A DNA stretch of 64,000 bases from a virus. The translations under genes were made by a program, and so were the position numbers. Location of the stretch: the IMG/VR virus record IMGVR_UViG_3300025102_000019, positions 6,342 through 70,341 of that record, one strand, 5' to 3'. A model generated the notes under the pieces. That model searched no databases. It saw nothing but the letters and a program-made list of their open reading frames with translations, and was not told the DNA's origin. Positions 21,901 through 27,044 of this stretch are shown one piece after another (the first letter of the stretch is position 1; each line of letters starts with the position of its first letter).

Positions 21901-23666
21901 AGATAGTCGAAACTAGGACCACCAATTGCAATCACCTCTTTCTCTGCATCAACCAACCCGTTGTCAAATACTACTTGTGCCTCTGTGTTATTGATTAACT
22001 CGTCAATCAGAACCGTACCTTGGTCTCTGTAGACATCGACTCTGCTGTTTATTGATATCTGGTCGGAGATGCCACCTTTGGAGACATCGTACATCACATC
22101 TATGATGTCAGCAGAACCGTCTATCTGCTGGTCGATTATCTCCTCCTGTGCTCTTGGCATCATCTTGAGGAAATCATGACCATCAACGTGGTTGAGAGTG
22201 TGTCTACCACTGTGACCCAATTGGAGAGATGTGTCTACGTCAGTGGGCCAAGTGACTGCGTATGCGTTGTCTGAGGTGTCTGTTGCCATGTTAGTCGAGT
22301 AGACGAATCCGTGCAAACCAAACTGACTTTCGTCAATCACCATTTGCCCTGTCCTGTCTATCATCTGTGTGGAATGATGAGGTGGTTGGTATGGTCTACC
22401 ACTGGCACTGTCTATCAGTAGGTCAGCACCTATGACTACGAAGTAGTTGTCAACACCCGCTGTTCTGCTATGTAGAGCCTTACGAAGTCCGTTCAGTGAA
22501 CTGGAGAAGTCCAGATGCACGCTGGACACGAGACAGTTACCGGTAGATGTGTTGATGTTGTGAAGCCTGACTCTCTCTGGCGGTTTGTTGTTGGGCTTGA
22601 ACACATCTCTGTCTGTAGCACCGGCATTGATGAGCAGGTTGTATGGTGTGTGAGAGACTGCGTATGTGGTTGGAGTACCTGTGTTCTGTAGGTAGTTGAC
22701 GACCTTGTAGTCCCCTCCTGAGAACTTGTGTGTGCTGTCCTTCGAGAACACGTAGTTACCCGATACCGTTTCCAAACCAGTGAGTTTCTTGGCTAGTTTG
22801 ACTGCATCAGCAGTGCTGAGTGATATCTGGGATATGGTAACACTCTGTCCATCCATGGTAGTGCTGTTATCTGATATCGAGGAGAAGGTATAGACATCCT
22901 CTATAGGTGCTATTGGTTCTTCAAACCTATAAAGCAGCAACGTATTCTCGTTGGCTATGGGTGCAGACCTCTCTATAGTACCCTCATCGAAGTGACCAGA
23001 GATGTGAAGTGACTCCATCACTCCCCTGAATTGTCCTCCTTTACCACCCACATACACATGTGCGTTGCCCTTGGCTATGCTCAGGGTTCTGTTTACCAAC
23101 TCCTTGGATACCATGAGTTCACCATTGATGTAGAGTTCTATGGAGTTGTTTCTCACTGCTGCTACTATGTGCATCAGTGGTCGCTGGTCTGTGTTGAGCG
23201 TGGTTGGGTCGTCGTGTGAGCCGCTGTACTTGTTGTAAGACGAGTGTATACCGCCGAAATCTGAAGCAGGATACACTACACCTTCGTATCCTCTCCCAGA
23301 GACTTTCGTTCCTGTTGATAGGAAATGATGTTCTTGACCCGCATCAGTGTTCAGAAACACCTCGAATGTCGCAGGACCGGGTGTGTCTACCTCGCCCAAT
23401 GATAACTTGAACTGGTCTTCCTTCTCTACCACGACACCGCCACAATCAGGTATGACCCAAGCCTCTATGCATATCTGAGTACTCAGTACACCAGACAGTG
23501 TACCCTCGCCCTCTATGTGTTGCTTTTCACCCAGTATGTTTACCTTCGATTTAATGCCATCTGATGTCTGCTTTCCCAAGCGGCTCATAGTGCCCTGTGG
23601 TACTACTATGCTGTCTGACACGCCGTCAAACAAGAAAGCGTGATTTGAGCGTCCGAGTATAGGCAT
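6963..23666 (-). CDS. giant (5567 aa) virion tail/adhesin protein with N-terminal LamG (concanavalin A-like) domain
   Basis: 16.7-kb uninterrupted ORF. The N-terminus AFLFDGVSD...IEAWV...HIVAAV...LYINGEL...VGG...FRGVM...LLYRFEE matches the LamG/ConA pattern. Located after the tape measure and a distal-tail-like gene. Confidence 0.8.
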   Translation of the reverse strand: MPILGRSNHAFLFDGVSDSIVVPQGTMSRLGKQTSDGIKSKVNILGEKQHIEGEGTLSGVLSTQICIEAWVIPDCGGVVVEKEDQFKLSLGEVDTPGPATFEVFLNTDAGQEHHFLSTGTKVSGRGYEGVVYPASDFGGIHSSYNKYSGSHDDPTTLNTDQRPLMHIVAAVRNNSIELYINGELMVSKELVNRTLSIAKGNAHVYVGGKGGQFRGVMESLHISGHFDEGTIERSAPIANENTLLLYRFEEPIAPIEDVYTFSSISDNSTTMDGQSVTISQISLSTADAVKLAKKLTGLETVSGNYVFSKDSTHKFSGGDYKVVNYLQNTGTPTTYAVSHTPYNLLINAGATDRDVFKPNNKPPERVRLHNINTSTGNCLVSSVHLDFSSSLNGLRKALHSRTAGVDNYFVVIGADLLIDSASGRPYQPPHHSTQMIDRTGQMVIDESQFGLHGFVYSTNMATDTSDNAYAVTWPTDVDTSLQLGHSGRHTLNHVDGHDFLKMMPRAQEEIIDQQIDGSADIIDVMYDVSKGGISDQISINSRVDVYRDQGTVLIDELINNTEAQVVFDNGLVDAEKEVIAIGGPSFDYLPFMLKGPVPQDLDNLNTETRRLHLRPSEKSRIALLKVPALTSYNLAPFVKVYYNAIDLTGASMSGVTQPLLMVEKTVPAGSTIVTGTTTVFSLIKTAIETSTIRSELFAAGGYIDFTDVDVLKGSLRQNHSLIGDVSEGYESDDELDESLTPINHKPMTPTGITVDGKQASGGGTTITTNGTSSESSNIAEGDDIYNSNLAFVGTIASGGIGANITLTDNRAVAITDGEELFIGIGTNAHPNKTPQIITASHTPTTKHDSVFHKIVIEPSRSKNDSLTDKGLYFRREPSEVIQSPSNGEFDKAGTASGTHIYEMFDIIDNQFQDDGSVRMFIQPSDRRRVNQLSGLRSQSTDFKEPNNITMMYLMSRARIRAVLDSDQGGESFTTVRCVGLTESTVNRSVNVRGKGSPDSQVVKEIEPNAPVVTVTLGGPGQGAMDVKPTYDPSPLARLPFSTRRNMCAVGYLAVSGSGGGRIAVKPLNNNSSDLASWGTYGFPKAGRVYLQDGASARYDSKTSSEFVFTDAASAGAGKFLLANGTEFTDFSSWLSATDISKGISSLEDINVSVTLFADRFFDESSLAEDGSTINDRMFQGMSDVQHDYQLGTQYASTRAMVEIPFFANQFFDDVRTGTFPGPDNSFKIHIDATHTPHTYNPSPVGRRPKGVEPTDREAISAYTLNKRQNQYAPSTRITKVTSNPSFYFIRVEDIGIFPRPQYGALLMNEDNTDDENYQNVDNVRNYRKVFLPSGEWAYYVQISTTVGQASLYIPKDNGAENWAFSSGFLDEAVVGASITTGGPSLPLEGIVPIGSDAFTPSSDFENRSEYYHDSASVKTQGGNVDYGMRQYVSAVEFKEGPESNPHAPRIVSGRAVGNVVTAAHKNLSGGNGSFINQVLVTMSDEDMDLFPDLDYEDMSTYSFSSGEFLYEAETILSDGTVQKLHYYGRLTKNSISDTIAPNVLVFVYRAASSSTPSWVTNLPGKELKLIRRVRDIFGAVDGDDGNNAALKEANNENIAKTFKPTGDDAWTIIAATNSATVTIENSNGRLAGANTLGLNLRIGDLIYSEETASKILFIGTVAAIEDYDNGTYDVTLTANAANAAADADDVPLRLSIANAYEEDADAILNKSWNYPYAAGGLRSGDTIWANMTINNPYATEGLFSKSRGVFNEAQVWKGFNGGVASLAASRPRESVPLENFLIGDTCLETAINYAQHVNQTVKENYKSLGLDEADAPKVAYVDPYLADDGHARVLLYDVAHDKEFIAFQDLHMQVQTSADAVTIGRPRNMVVGSGSAPVDLAEYTATFNGGGPSWITTQIDVANGFPSENRYIRSTQQSKFIESAYSHDLANRIGTNIMTAVNGTLPSNLPASATTSSSPGIYGKAHGHHVHTGYSIFGEANKYSMGDSVLPRTNDSTVNPFTANSDHAFSRTKRSLTEAFTAALVKLRTDTSGATLRDPSTFFDTPDGTRVIPAFLCLKGIRDTPLDLTGHEESRLQHLKQWTDMDFLRRLSIDCGAVAGKSGVVSIESATQEIVRQINQSGAPKGQIVVDKDTTGSAHDPAPFWDTDKAFSSRDRGTHMGYVRAHMGREVQDKNGNRGFTVVIHSTVPGASGRNFCVWLDNSKGQSVYQPDFLIGHGGRWRNFWALPEEKEGENMHPAPMPLNKHGRPFAPITTLTQYINPEETGEDVISTTDFTDSDDDSSPVIRAISNALGGGQQFNTVNTESFSTIGSSSTIIQGLRVGKNSFGRVNFGGLVASGVPGFSPIAGPWGFGKKGSQSFRDTYGRSSVAVAYTDHTDANQLKSDTLGDSPIYGLKLTDHRGGNHGIRYIYRGAGLGFANDNTVLPDTISNEVCVFFDDRDMAQGGFTIGKHMRGKGDATGRMDTSNASTMTQKEWTGNRWRGVSAPNIAVNCGISRSSTTLTVSLQAPFNNASGLVHHDVLGYLGFPLTDGMIQVTDSGGGNEGMTYSYTRRTQNDKDGTHQFFGIAGDEVEHTYDTAGYLISPVLNWTTLVTDELMAAVTTAAINATTSQLIEGVNFDCTEMYATNGKTFGDMGVSADAITIRAFDPTKNITPISDLFSASIHSDLGIQAAHVELGEVEKTELLSTGWAFGTSRATADTDIETNRRIACGYIPKTVLQIATRSRGPNGNTATPVLVDSLNNPVDISDWRKNLKGESFTRHSGDHILPMINNPTAMFDKNATNTDWEADNTQNITLDHEMWNFLIPAGQEGSSSRIPSFGETKTIFMNDKKSVTVESLNGGNSTTKFVWSNSSEDWPATEVNDNVVFSHWATLDVTKHFDGLRSLGSVFSEPYVFFRGGKSSTDHSVPLFFGGGFSGVTLDINDGTKNDYSSFYTHPYANGPTGTTGIQNANEISTSFALLDGNAMFAFFPGAALCNQHRGSILPPMFNRDNILSPDISRGGVTINSSHPNSTPYTNNSGTNVRVQKPSPLILRFAHPTARYEDHKDASVENKTTYIIFGPGQAFPFAQEVADNAGSYNIKQPHPGRVIVNGNGHSKVPKATDARRFPNHIESDGVLANGTFGDGYFMPEASAYQLARGRFHWRTTLNWETPQGKPNLAILKQSQASGRMYGNHFNYRTATSGIDDDLKKAHPMRHCSVIGHGVAMAADMVYHMDGGYHPGGHWMDNQITFNPPHPKGETILQRWGSGSANTVLHPSAYRVAGPITTKVLAYSEDVASSEVDMEYIIVDATRCQNGEELATIVGSAINTFPGAGALKAMGGTHMPSMGNAMRQDRYGWIESTFVSIAQTGDTTAENPSENHLTVYIDDTFTGSEEIPACGWLRTNSSGFAPYYAREVFDDSGIKVKFYLAPNRITGHMKFEDKVTWSNNSKFATPSTGSIWIWSKAGVHRFNNENDTGRDHMCQTHFSGLVDAIDRTRPIGAVGWAGERYSYLNSLKVGTQGYAAGLGAWHPMLGFSPYGSASSAITALGHLPVVGAMVHSPEASPPIDGMGANGANLMTYLGDPYSNSTGFRVNLDRQAAYQIGHDVFVAPHTIHTKPPTYIDTTLPDFMTHPQGVFGRAFIVVSYECESALVAKYDRDGITGLGDWLQVKGAAANSVANPIHYAGTTRWDERFHGQDRFIAPANAGPNVEAMVHTTPTVKTISDYTTDHVLDTTFDAEYFLHGTASNSTLRNAIPSLHKTGDLIFDLDHSVGSFFLEEDGVERNVAADLYGNGIGGSSGEDFTQLYDDSGTPSHDDFWVGDVNAYDLYKRSAAKNFSIEHIVWKRMDGGNLSLPAVNARGLGAVPFVNRVSGNNAYTMGEKIYGNVRFTFETTNSAMLPVLQAQELNHPQLASKFPLNIQNVLEIPNEEMQFGEMTVTDDSGQEHVLEGGSPLGTIIRGFRKVTDRQTKGMSPALANSDVAPNLKIQLPDPNSIPGNIVVRSGFDRLQAYQNETMGSGGMIHPDLNENYIGSLFDNSVSSPRTGPTYEDHNWEHIDVLTKDSTNAGWKEATNSAPLQSSYEQHDRTLYFHVTKMGHSSTERYPTEYTHAGGVVSQSLTVSGFSGTILTVSSTVDSSIYDAGFGTKEVGDNRRFLRLATSTDSVVVSYTNISGSTFEGVVGDVDFTTFLAANPPASTTINISPSYYIPAGSNRFFASRRLRDHAEVSGNSPDMAKTQYSSGTYGTVNANTLAYNIYNKQVLTPMPLPRMGHHFVTPTMPMLPGHWAHPVYQSLFTMHRAENASLRGFADKNILADSVTATMNKAELTALASGAVVDQFNVHDPELAFSGVNAAPSLPSDIHGGAFTLMFETGIKYDGYGILASTGDAGTVNQQGGHTIVLESAYYYTLGKNFPDPAEVGAYQIVIQPNTFSTQLIGFHADVGASTQSLTSQQVHTVIGKRPANNTLGTVSLILAQATQADVRGCEVFINEAMLDINPDHGSQFTNLPPLLLYNQFGVEGTESPVFTRRALPYTPGQFRNATPGYTVSTPWWSFIHKVAPDDSSSNNFKHIALHRPDNYYQIKRSTFGSIGVQLTIAGYPSIYPNIYSHILQNTSLNPKCIVKSIESAANGLRTITVDDASRFPETPQYSEVLEYTDSNGIRQTLAYTRRSGLQLNAINKPDKLQSNVVSGPFWDSITTDLAAGLDVTIRLSQPYDIYSSKNVFTDTNSSIFTKVLSQLEKGTRDTTNLHIPDAYLCMWNSNLGRPYTFYSDSSRTFNNPTSDRAVDKKPYNSLPEHFESIHYHDSVYAMSLGPLSLRIKSANPDTKTGASATGAAIEALSGYEAQGGTTLDSQKVMYSKFWPCGSRGGPLVSRLDLYTEASVSWSIPRKYAANDFYFWKDEDVANSSYNMASSGITFDTMSSSHTDNRYSYGWRISLRQVYNKPTYGILPGRGKLEDDNSSETQYTTDYVAGPLVQMPASTWEYIGGDGSQSSVPLSTTYVGIMERQTNFAGMLAADRPEYQVRYSDGRRMTRPFGAPLRTLIANSNQIGDWWGDRRFGKGVYSLTEAAQYYLVDWWGNERGEDVRRAPVRGFGIRPAWDCGDAYEYDRTNNRSPHARIFNNGRPVFDVLGVIDSSGERSSSNVPRLGGTQSLSGSTTELVDVFAPTHSMRVGDMGNGRGVRYPSQFNEDILTELSEPVHSTGVVLSHNTAEPPAVTGLLRPRNDVLQADEIPRGISARLEIAEDGLLKPDAVVSDRVEEIVGVSPHKDAISRSTPRIGIDADNMEGLEKDHIAINTEAHSLHTDRGVGQRTVLHGALIANSQSLGDLDLTSPVFNSNINNVLRFSHTSNVNPLGGSYVLETKSYGSFFDDTGWGLDSLSGGAKTTNPYQSTEFSRNTVKNNQKDQSVKWLLRPVRVLDKQHVEMFRPVPSVAGNTPQPSSNFFRASAGGKYGLFTYETPTPRVATGNFPRSAAPDANGPYVPVVYISNSSASTPTSKGPKILGTEATGFDKTTITSPVTRMIMSENTLQHYRADASRRRQIDESNQIVRRLDYSVKPRFSQSLHPKGHKGDVSFNVSDHSGDAA

Positions 23667-23670
23667 GATA

Positions 23671-24885
23671 TCACAACAAGAAGTCCACAGGTACGAAGTT
23701 CATCACAATGTCGTAGACATTCTCGCCTGCGTTGTATGTGATGTCTAGTTTGTTTACTGTGCCTTTTATGCCTGTTGTGTTGCCTGTGAAGGTAGCACCT
23801 GCTGGATTGGAGTTGTTATCGCTCCTCTTGTCCTTGAATGATTTGCCGAAGCCTGTCGGCATGATGAAGTTGCGAGAGACGAAGTTATCGCCATCCGCTT
23901 GTATTGTCGAGTTGTATGGTATCTGTATACCCTTGATGTATCCGCTACCTCTACCTGCCCCGTCCATCATAATTCCCACACCTGCTGCCGCTACGCCAAC
24001 ACCGACAGGAGCACCGATTCCGGTAAAGGCAGCAGCACTTCCTCCTACTACCATACCTAACCCTAGAGCGAACTTCTCAATACCTTCTTTCTTGGAGTTG
24101 TTCATAATGCCATATAGGTCCATCGCCTTGTCTCCTGCTGACCTCTTGGAGACGGTTAGTCCACCTGCGAACTTCTCATGTTGGGGAGGTCTGTATCCGT
24201 TAGGCTTCCGTGAGAATATAGGAGTGAGGTTGTCTCCATCCTCACCTACTGTGTTTTGTGTTATGGTGACTATGGTGTTGGATTCACCTGTGGTAACTGA
24301 ATCTGATTTAGATGCGGTGAACTTTGCCGCTAAACTGGTTGTGTTGTTTATCAGGTCTGTGAAAGCAGTGGCTAAACCTGCGTGTGTCAGTGAACCCGCA
24401 GGGTTGATTCCTATGATGTAATCGGTGTTGGTGGTATTGGTGAATGTGCCCGATGAGAGTTTCTGGAGTTTAATGACGAAGGTTGTACCGTCATGTGATG
24501 TCAACTGTATGGTAGAGAAACTGAACTCGTCTGAACCTTCAAAATAAGTATTGTTGAACAACTTGGCTATGTTGGAATTAGTAGCACCACCACCATCTAG
24601 GTAACTCTGAATCTGGCCTCCTAGTAGGATGAAAGAGAAATCTATCCTTGATTTGGAAGCAATACTAGAACCCACTAGATTCCTGTCGTCAGTAAGTACT
24701 GCGTTGATTAGTATCATCGACTTGTTCATGTTCAGGTCAAGTCCTACTCTTATACCACCAGTGAAAGGTGTGGGCATACCACCTGTCTTTCTCTGTGTTG
24801 TCATGGTCATGCTAGTGGCGTTTATCTCAGTCAACTGCCCATTGTCATGAACCAGCCTGATAGGAACACCATTTGCCGCCGCCAT
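23671..24885 (-). CDS. tail protein (distal-tail-like) with a hydrophobic Gly-rich segment
   Basis: 404 aa directly downstream of the tape measure. Contains FALGLGMVVGGSAAAFTGIGAPVGVGVAAAGVGIMM. Confidence 0.5.
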   Translation of the reverse strand: MAAANGVPIRLVHDNGQLTEINATSMTMTTQRKTGGMPTPFTGGIRVGLDLNMNKSMILINAVLTDDRNLVGSSIASKSRIDFSFILLGGQIQSYLDGGGATNSNIAKLFNNTYFEGSDEFSFSTIQLTSHDGTTFVIKLQKLSSGTFTNTTNTDYIIGINPAGSLTHAGLATAFTDLINNTTSLAAKFTASKSDSVTTGESNTIVTITQNTVGEDGDNLTPIFSRKPNGYRPPQHEKFAGGLTVSKRSAGDKAMDLYGIMNNSKKEGIEKFALGLGMVVGGSAAAFTGIGAPVGVGVAAAGVGIMMDGAGRGSGYIKGIQIPYNSTIQADGDNFVSRNFIMPTGFGKSFKDKRSDNNSNPAGATFTGNTTGIKGTVNKLDITYNAGENVYDIVMNFVPVDFLL

Positions 24886-25757
24886 TATGCAAACCTACTT
24901 TTTGTCGTTGTGCCACCTAGTGCTCTGGCAGTTTCCTCTTGCATCAATTCACCTAACTCTCTGGCTAGTTGTCTCTTGTCAGAACGGTCTGTCACTCCTG
25001 AGATGTTGATATTCATTGTGAAGTACTGATTAACCCCACCAGATACAGCAGTTCCTATTTGAGTACCACCAGATTCTTTCTTCTTTTTATTACCACCGAA
25101 TAGTCCTTTGGCTTTGTCTATCAGACCACCAACAGCACCAGCGATTGCATCCTTGATTTTCTTGATTATATTCCAAACTTGCTTGAAAGGCCACAGCATT
25201 ATGTCGCCTACCTTGGCGAACTGGTCGCCTATGAACTTACCAACACCTGCTAATTTGCTCTTTAATCCACTGACCAACTTGCCTATTTTACTGAATGCCT
25301 TCCCTATTGCTTCGCTTATCTTAGACGGTATACCGAAGATGAAGTCCTTTAGAGCAACCAGTTTGTCTATTGCTTTATCCTTGAGAGTGCCAAACAAATC
25401 AGGTATGCCCACTATGGCATTTGTCAGTTTCTCTTTTATCGTGCCGAAAGCCTCAGGTATCTTCTTGAAGCCATCAACGATGAAGCCTATTACTTTCTTT
25501 GCTATATTCAACACACCATTGAACACCTTCTTCGCTATACCTATGAAAGGCTCAAGTGCAGGTATCACCTTGTCTTTTATGAAATCCTTAATCTTGGTGA
25601 ATATCTTCACAGCGAGTTGTCCTAGTTTGTTGAATACTGCACTGAAAAGCGTGCCTATCATACTTATACCGCCTTGTACAGCAGTTATACCGCCTTGAAT
25701 CAAAGTGGTTGATGAGTTGATGGCTGCAAGGGATGCCAATATTGGAGCGAATGCCAT
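24885..25757 (-). CDS. tape measure protein (short, 290 aa)
   Basis: Amphipathic helical repeats with periodic F/I/K/G (e.g. IFTKIKDFIKD, VFNGVLNIAKK, FIVDGFKKIP). Follows the tail-chaperone pair. Confidence 0.65.
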   Translation of the reverse strand: MAFAPILASLAAINSSTTLIQGGITAVQGGISMIGTLFSAVFNKLGQLAVKIFTKIKDFIKDKVIPALEPFIGIAKKVFNGVLNIAKKVIGFIVDGFKKIPEAFGTIKEKLTNAIVGIPDLFGTLKDKAIDKLVALKDFIFGIPSKISEAIGKAFSKIGKLVSGLKSKLAGVGKFIGDQFAKVGDIMLWPFKQVWNIIKKIKDAIAGAVGGLIDKAKGLFGGNKKKKESGGTQIGTAVSGGVNQYFTMNINISGVTDRSDKRQLARELGELMQEETARALGGTTTKSRFA

Positions 25758-26062
25758 TAGAAGTCATCCTCCTGCAAGAAGGAGTAGTCTAGTTTTACTA
25801 TGTCATTGCTCTCAGTATTGGACCTGACCCTCGCTTCCTCTGCATGTTTCTCTTCCTCTGCGTCGTACACCATGGCCCATACTAGAGACTGTCTGAATAT
25901 CTCTTCGCTCATGTTGTATACCTCTGTCAGTGAAATCCCGTAATGTTTTGCTATGTTGTATGCAAACAACTGTAGTTGGAGTTCGATGTCTTCTGATGAC
26001 TCTATTGCTTGTCTCTTCAGAAAACTCTCAACCCTCAGTTGCTCGCTTTGGTAAACCCCCCT
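25757..26062 (-). CDS. tail assembly chaperone, gpGT-like C-terminal part reached by -1 frameshift
   Basis: The frame of the 25757..25969 ORF stays open upstream to the GGGGGGTTT run (26053-26061). It is closed by TGA TGA a few codons further upstream and has no ATG before the annotated TTG. Confidence 0.65.
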   Translation of the reverse strand, partial: RGVYQSEQLRVESFLKRQAIESSEDIELQLQLFAYNIAKHYGISLTEVYNMSEEIFRQSLVWAMVYDAEEEKHAEEARVRSNTESNDIVKLDYSFLQEDDF

Positions 26063-26400
26063 TGCATAGCCTCCGCCATCTCATCAGGCTTCGGGAGGAG
26101 CGATGCTAGTTGCTCACCAGCATATGCATTGAGTTGTCTCATTTCTTCTATGGTCAGTTCCGGGTTAGTGCCTACGACCCAATTAGTGAAAGCATACGAC
26201 CAGTATGCCTCTAAATCAAGAGAAACGCCAGATTCATTCACCACGAACATCGTTTGTGCTGCTTTCTGTACATCTAGATAAGTTATGTCTCTTATCCACA
26301 CTTCCATGATAGCCTCAGGGTCGTCCCTATCGACTTGTATCTCATGTTTGTGTTCTTCTTTATTCGTTAATATCTTCCTCTTGTTCACTACTTTCGTCAT
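26035..26400 (-). CDS. tail assembly chaperone (gpG-like)
   Basis: 121-aa acidic protein between the tail tube and tape measure genes. Ends ...CAA GGG GGG TTT ACC, a slippery run. Confidence 0.7.
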   Translation of the reverse strand: MTKVVNKRKILTNKEEHKHEIQVDRDDPEAIMEVWIRDITYLDVQKAAQTMFVVNESGVSLDLEAYWSYAFTNWVVGTNPELTIEEMRQLNAYAGEQLASLLPKPDEMAEAMQGGFTKASN

Positions 26401-27034
26401 TGTTTGTCACTTCCTCGGTTACAGCCGCTTCTTCAGCGGGGGCATCCGACGATTCCTCAGCAGCCATTTCTTCGGTCACAGTGTCACCGGGTGAGGTTGG
26501 TATTTCCTCTTCGGGGGCTTCGGTCTCATCATCTGGTTGTGTTTCTTCGGTAATGCCTTCGTCGTCTCTCCTTAGTCGGAGCACGACTTCAGCCTTAGTA
26601 CCTCGAATCGTAAGTCCTCTGTCTCTACATATGTCACGTAGTTCTGCGACAGTCATCGAATCGTAATTTATGTCTATGTCAAATGGAGAATCGGTTGTTA
26701 TTCCCTCAGGAACGTCAGGTTGTTCCTCATCCTCATCAGGGTCAGGTATTTCCTCAGGAACGTCAGGTTGCATTTCTGGCTCAGGTTCTGGCTCAGGTTC
26801 TGGCTCAGGTTCTACTTGCGCTAGTACTTCCTCAGCAGCATCCACCCAAGCGGGTTGCTCTTCTACCACCTCAGGTGCAGCAAGAGCAGCCTCGAAAGCA
26901 GCGTCTATGTGCGCTCTCTCCCTTGATGGTACATGTGTGATTTCTACACCAGTCCTACTGGACATCCAAGAGAGGTAGTCCTCTTTGGAGATTCTGTTGA
27001 ATCTCTTGGCTCTCTCTCTTAGTGCTGGCATCAT
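26360..27034 (-). CDS. acidic SAP-domain protein
   Basis: YDSMTVAELRDICRDRGLTIRGTKAEVVLRL fits the SAP motif. Contains EP repeats and is very acidic. Start placed at ATG ATG 27034 (MMPALRER), just after the tail tube stop. Confidence 0.7.
   Translation of the reverse strand: MMPALRERAKRFNRISKEDYLSWMSSRTGVEITHVPSRERAHIDAAFEAALAAPEVVEEQPAWVDAAEEVLAQVEPEPEPEPEPEPEMQPDVPEEIPDPDEDEEQPDVPEGITTDSPFDIDINYDSMTVAELRDICRDRGLTIRGTKAEVVLRLRRDDEGITEETQPDDETEAPEEEIPTSPGDTVTEEMAAEESSDAPAEEAAVTEEVTNNDESSEQEEDINE
26778..26813. repeat. 3 x 12-bp tandem repeat GGCTCAGGTTCT encoding an EPEP linker
   Basis: Read directly in the sequence; translates to EPEPEPEPEPEP. Confidence 0.85.
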
Positions 27035-27044
27035 CTTCAAAACC

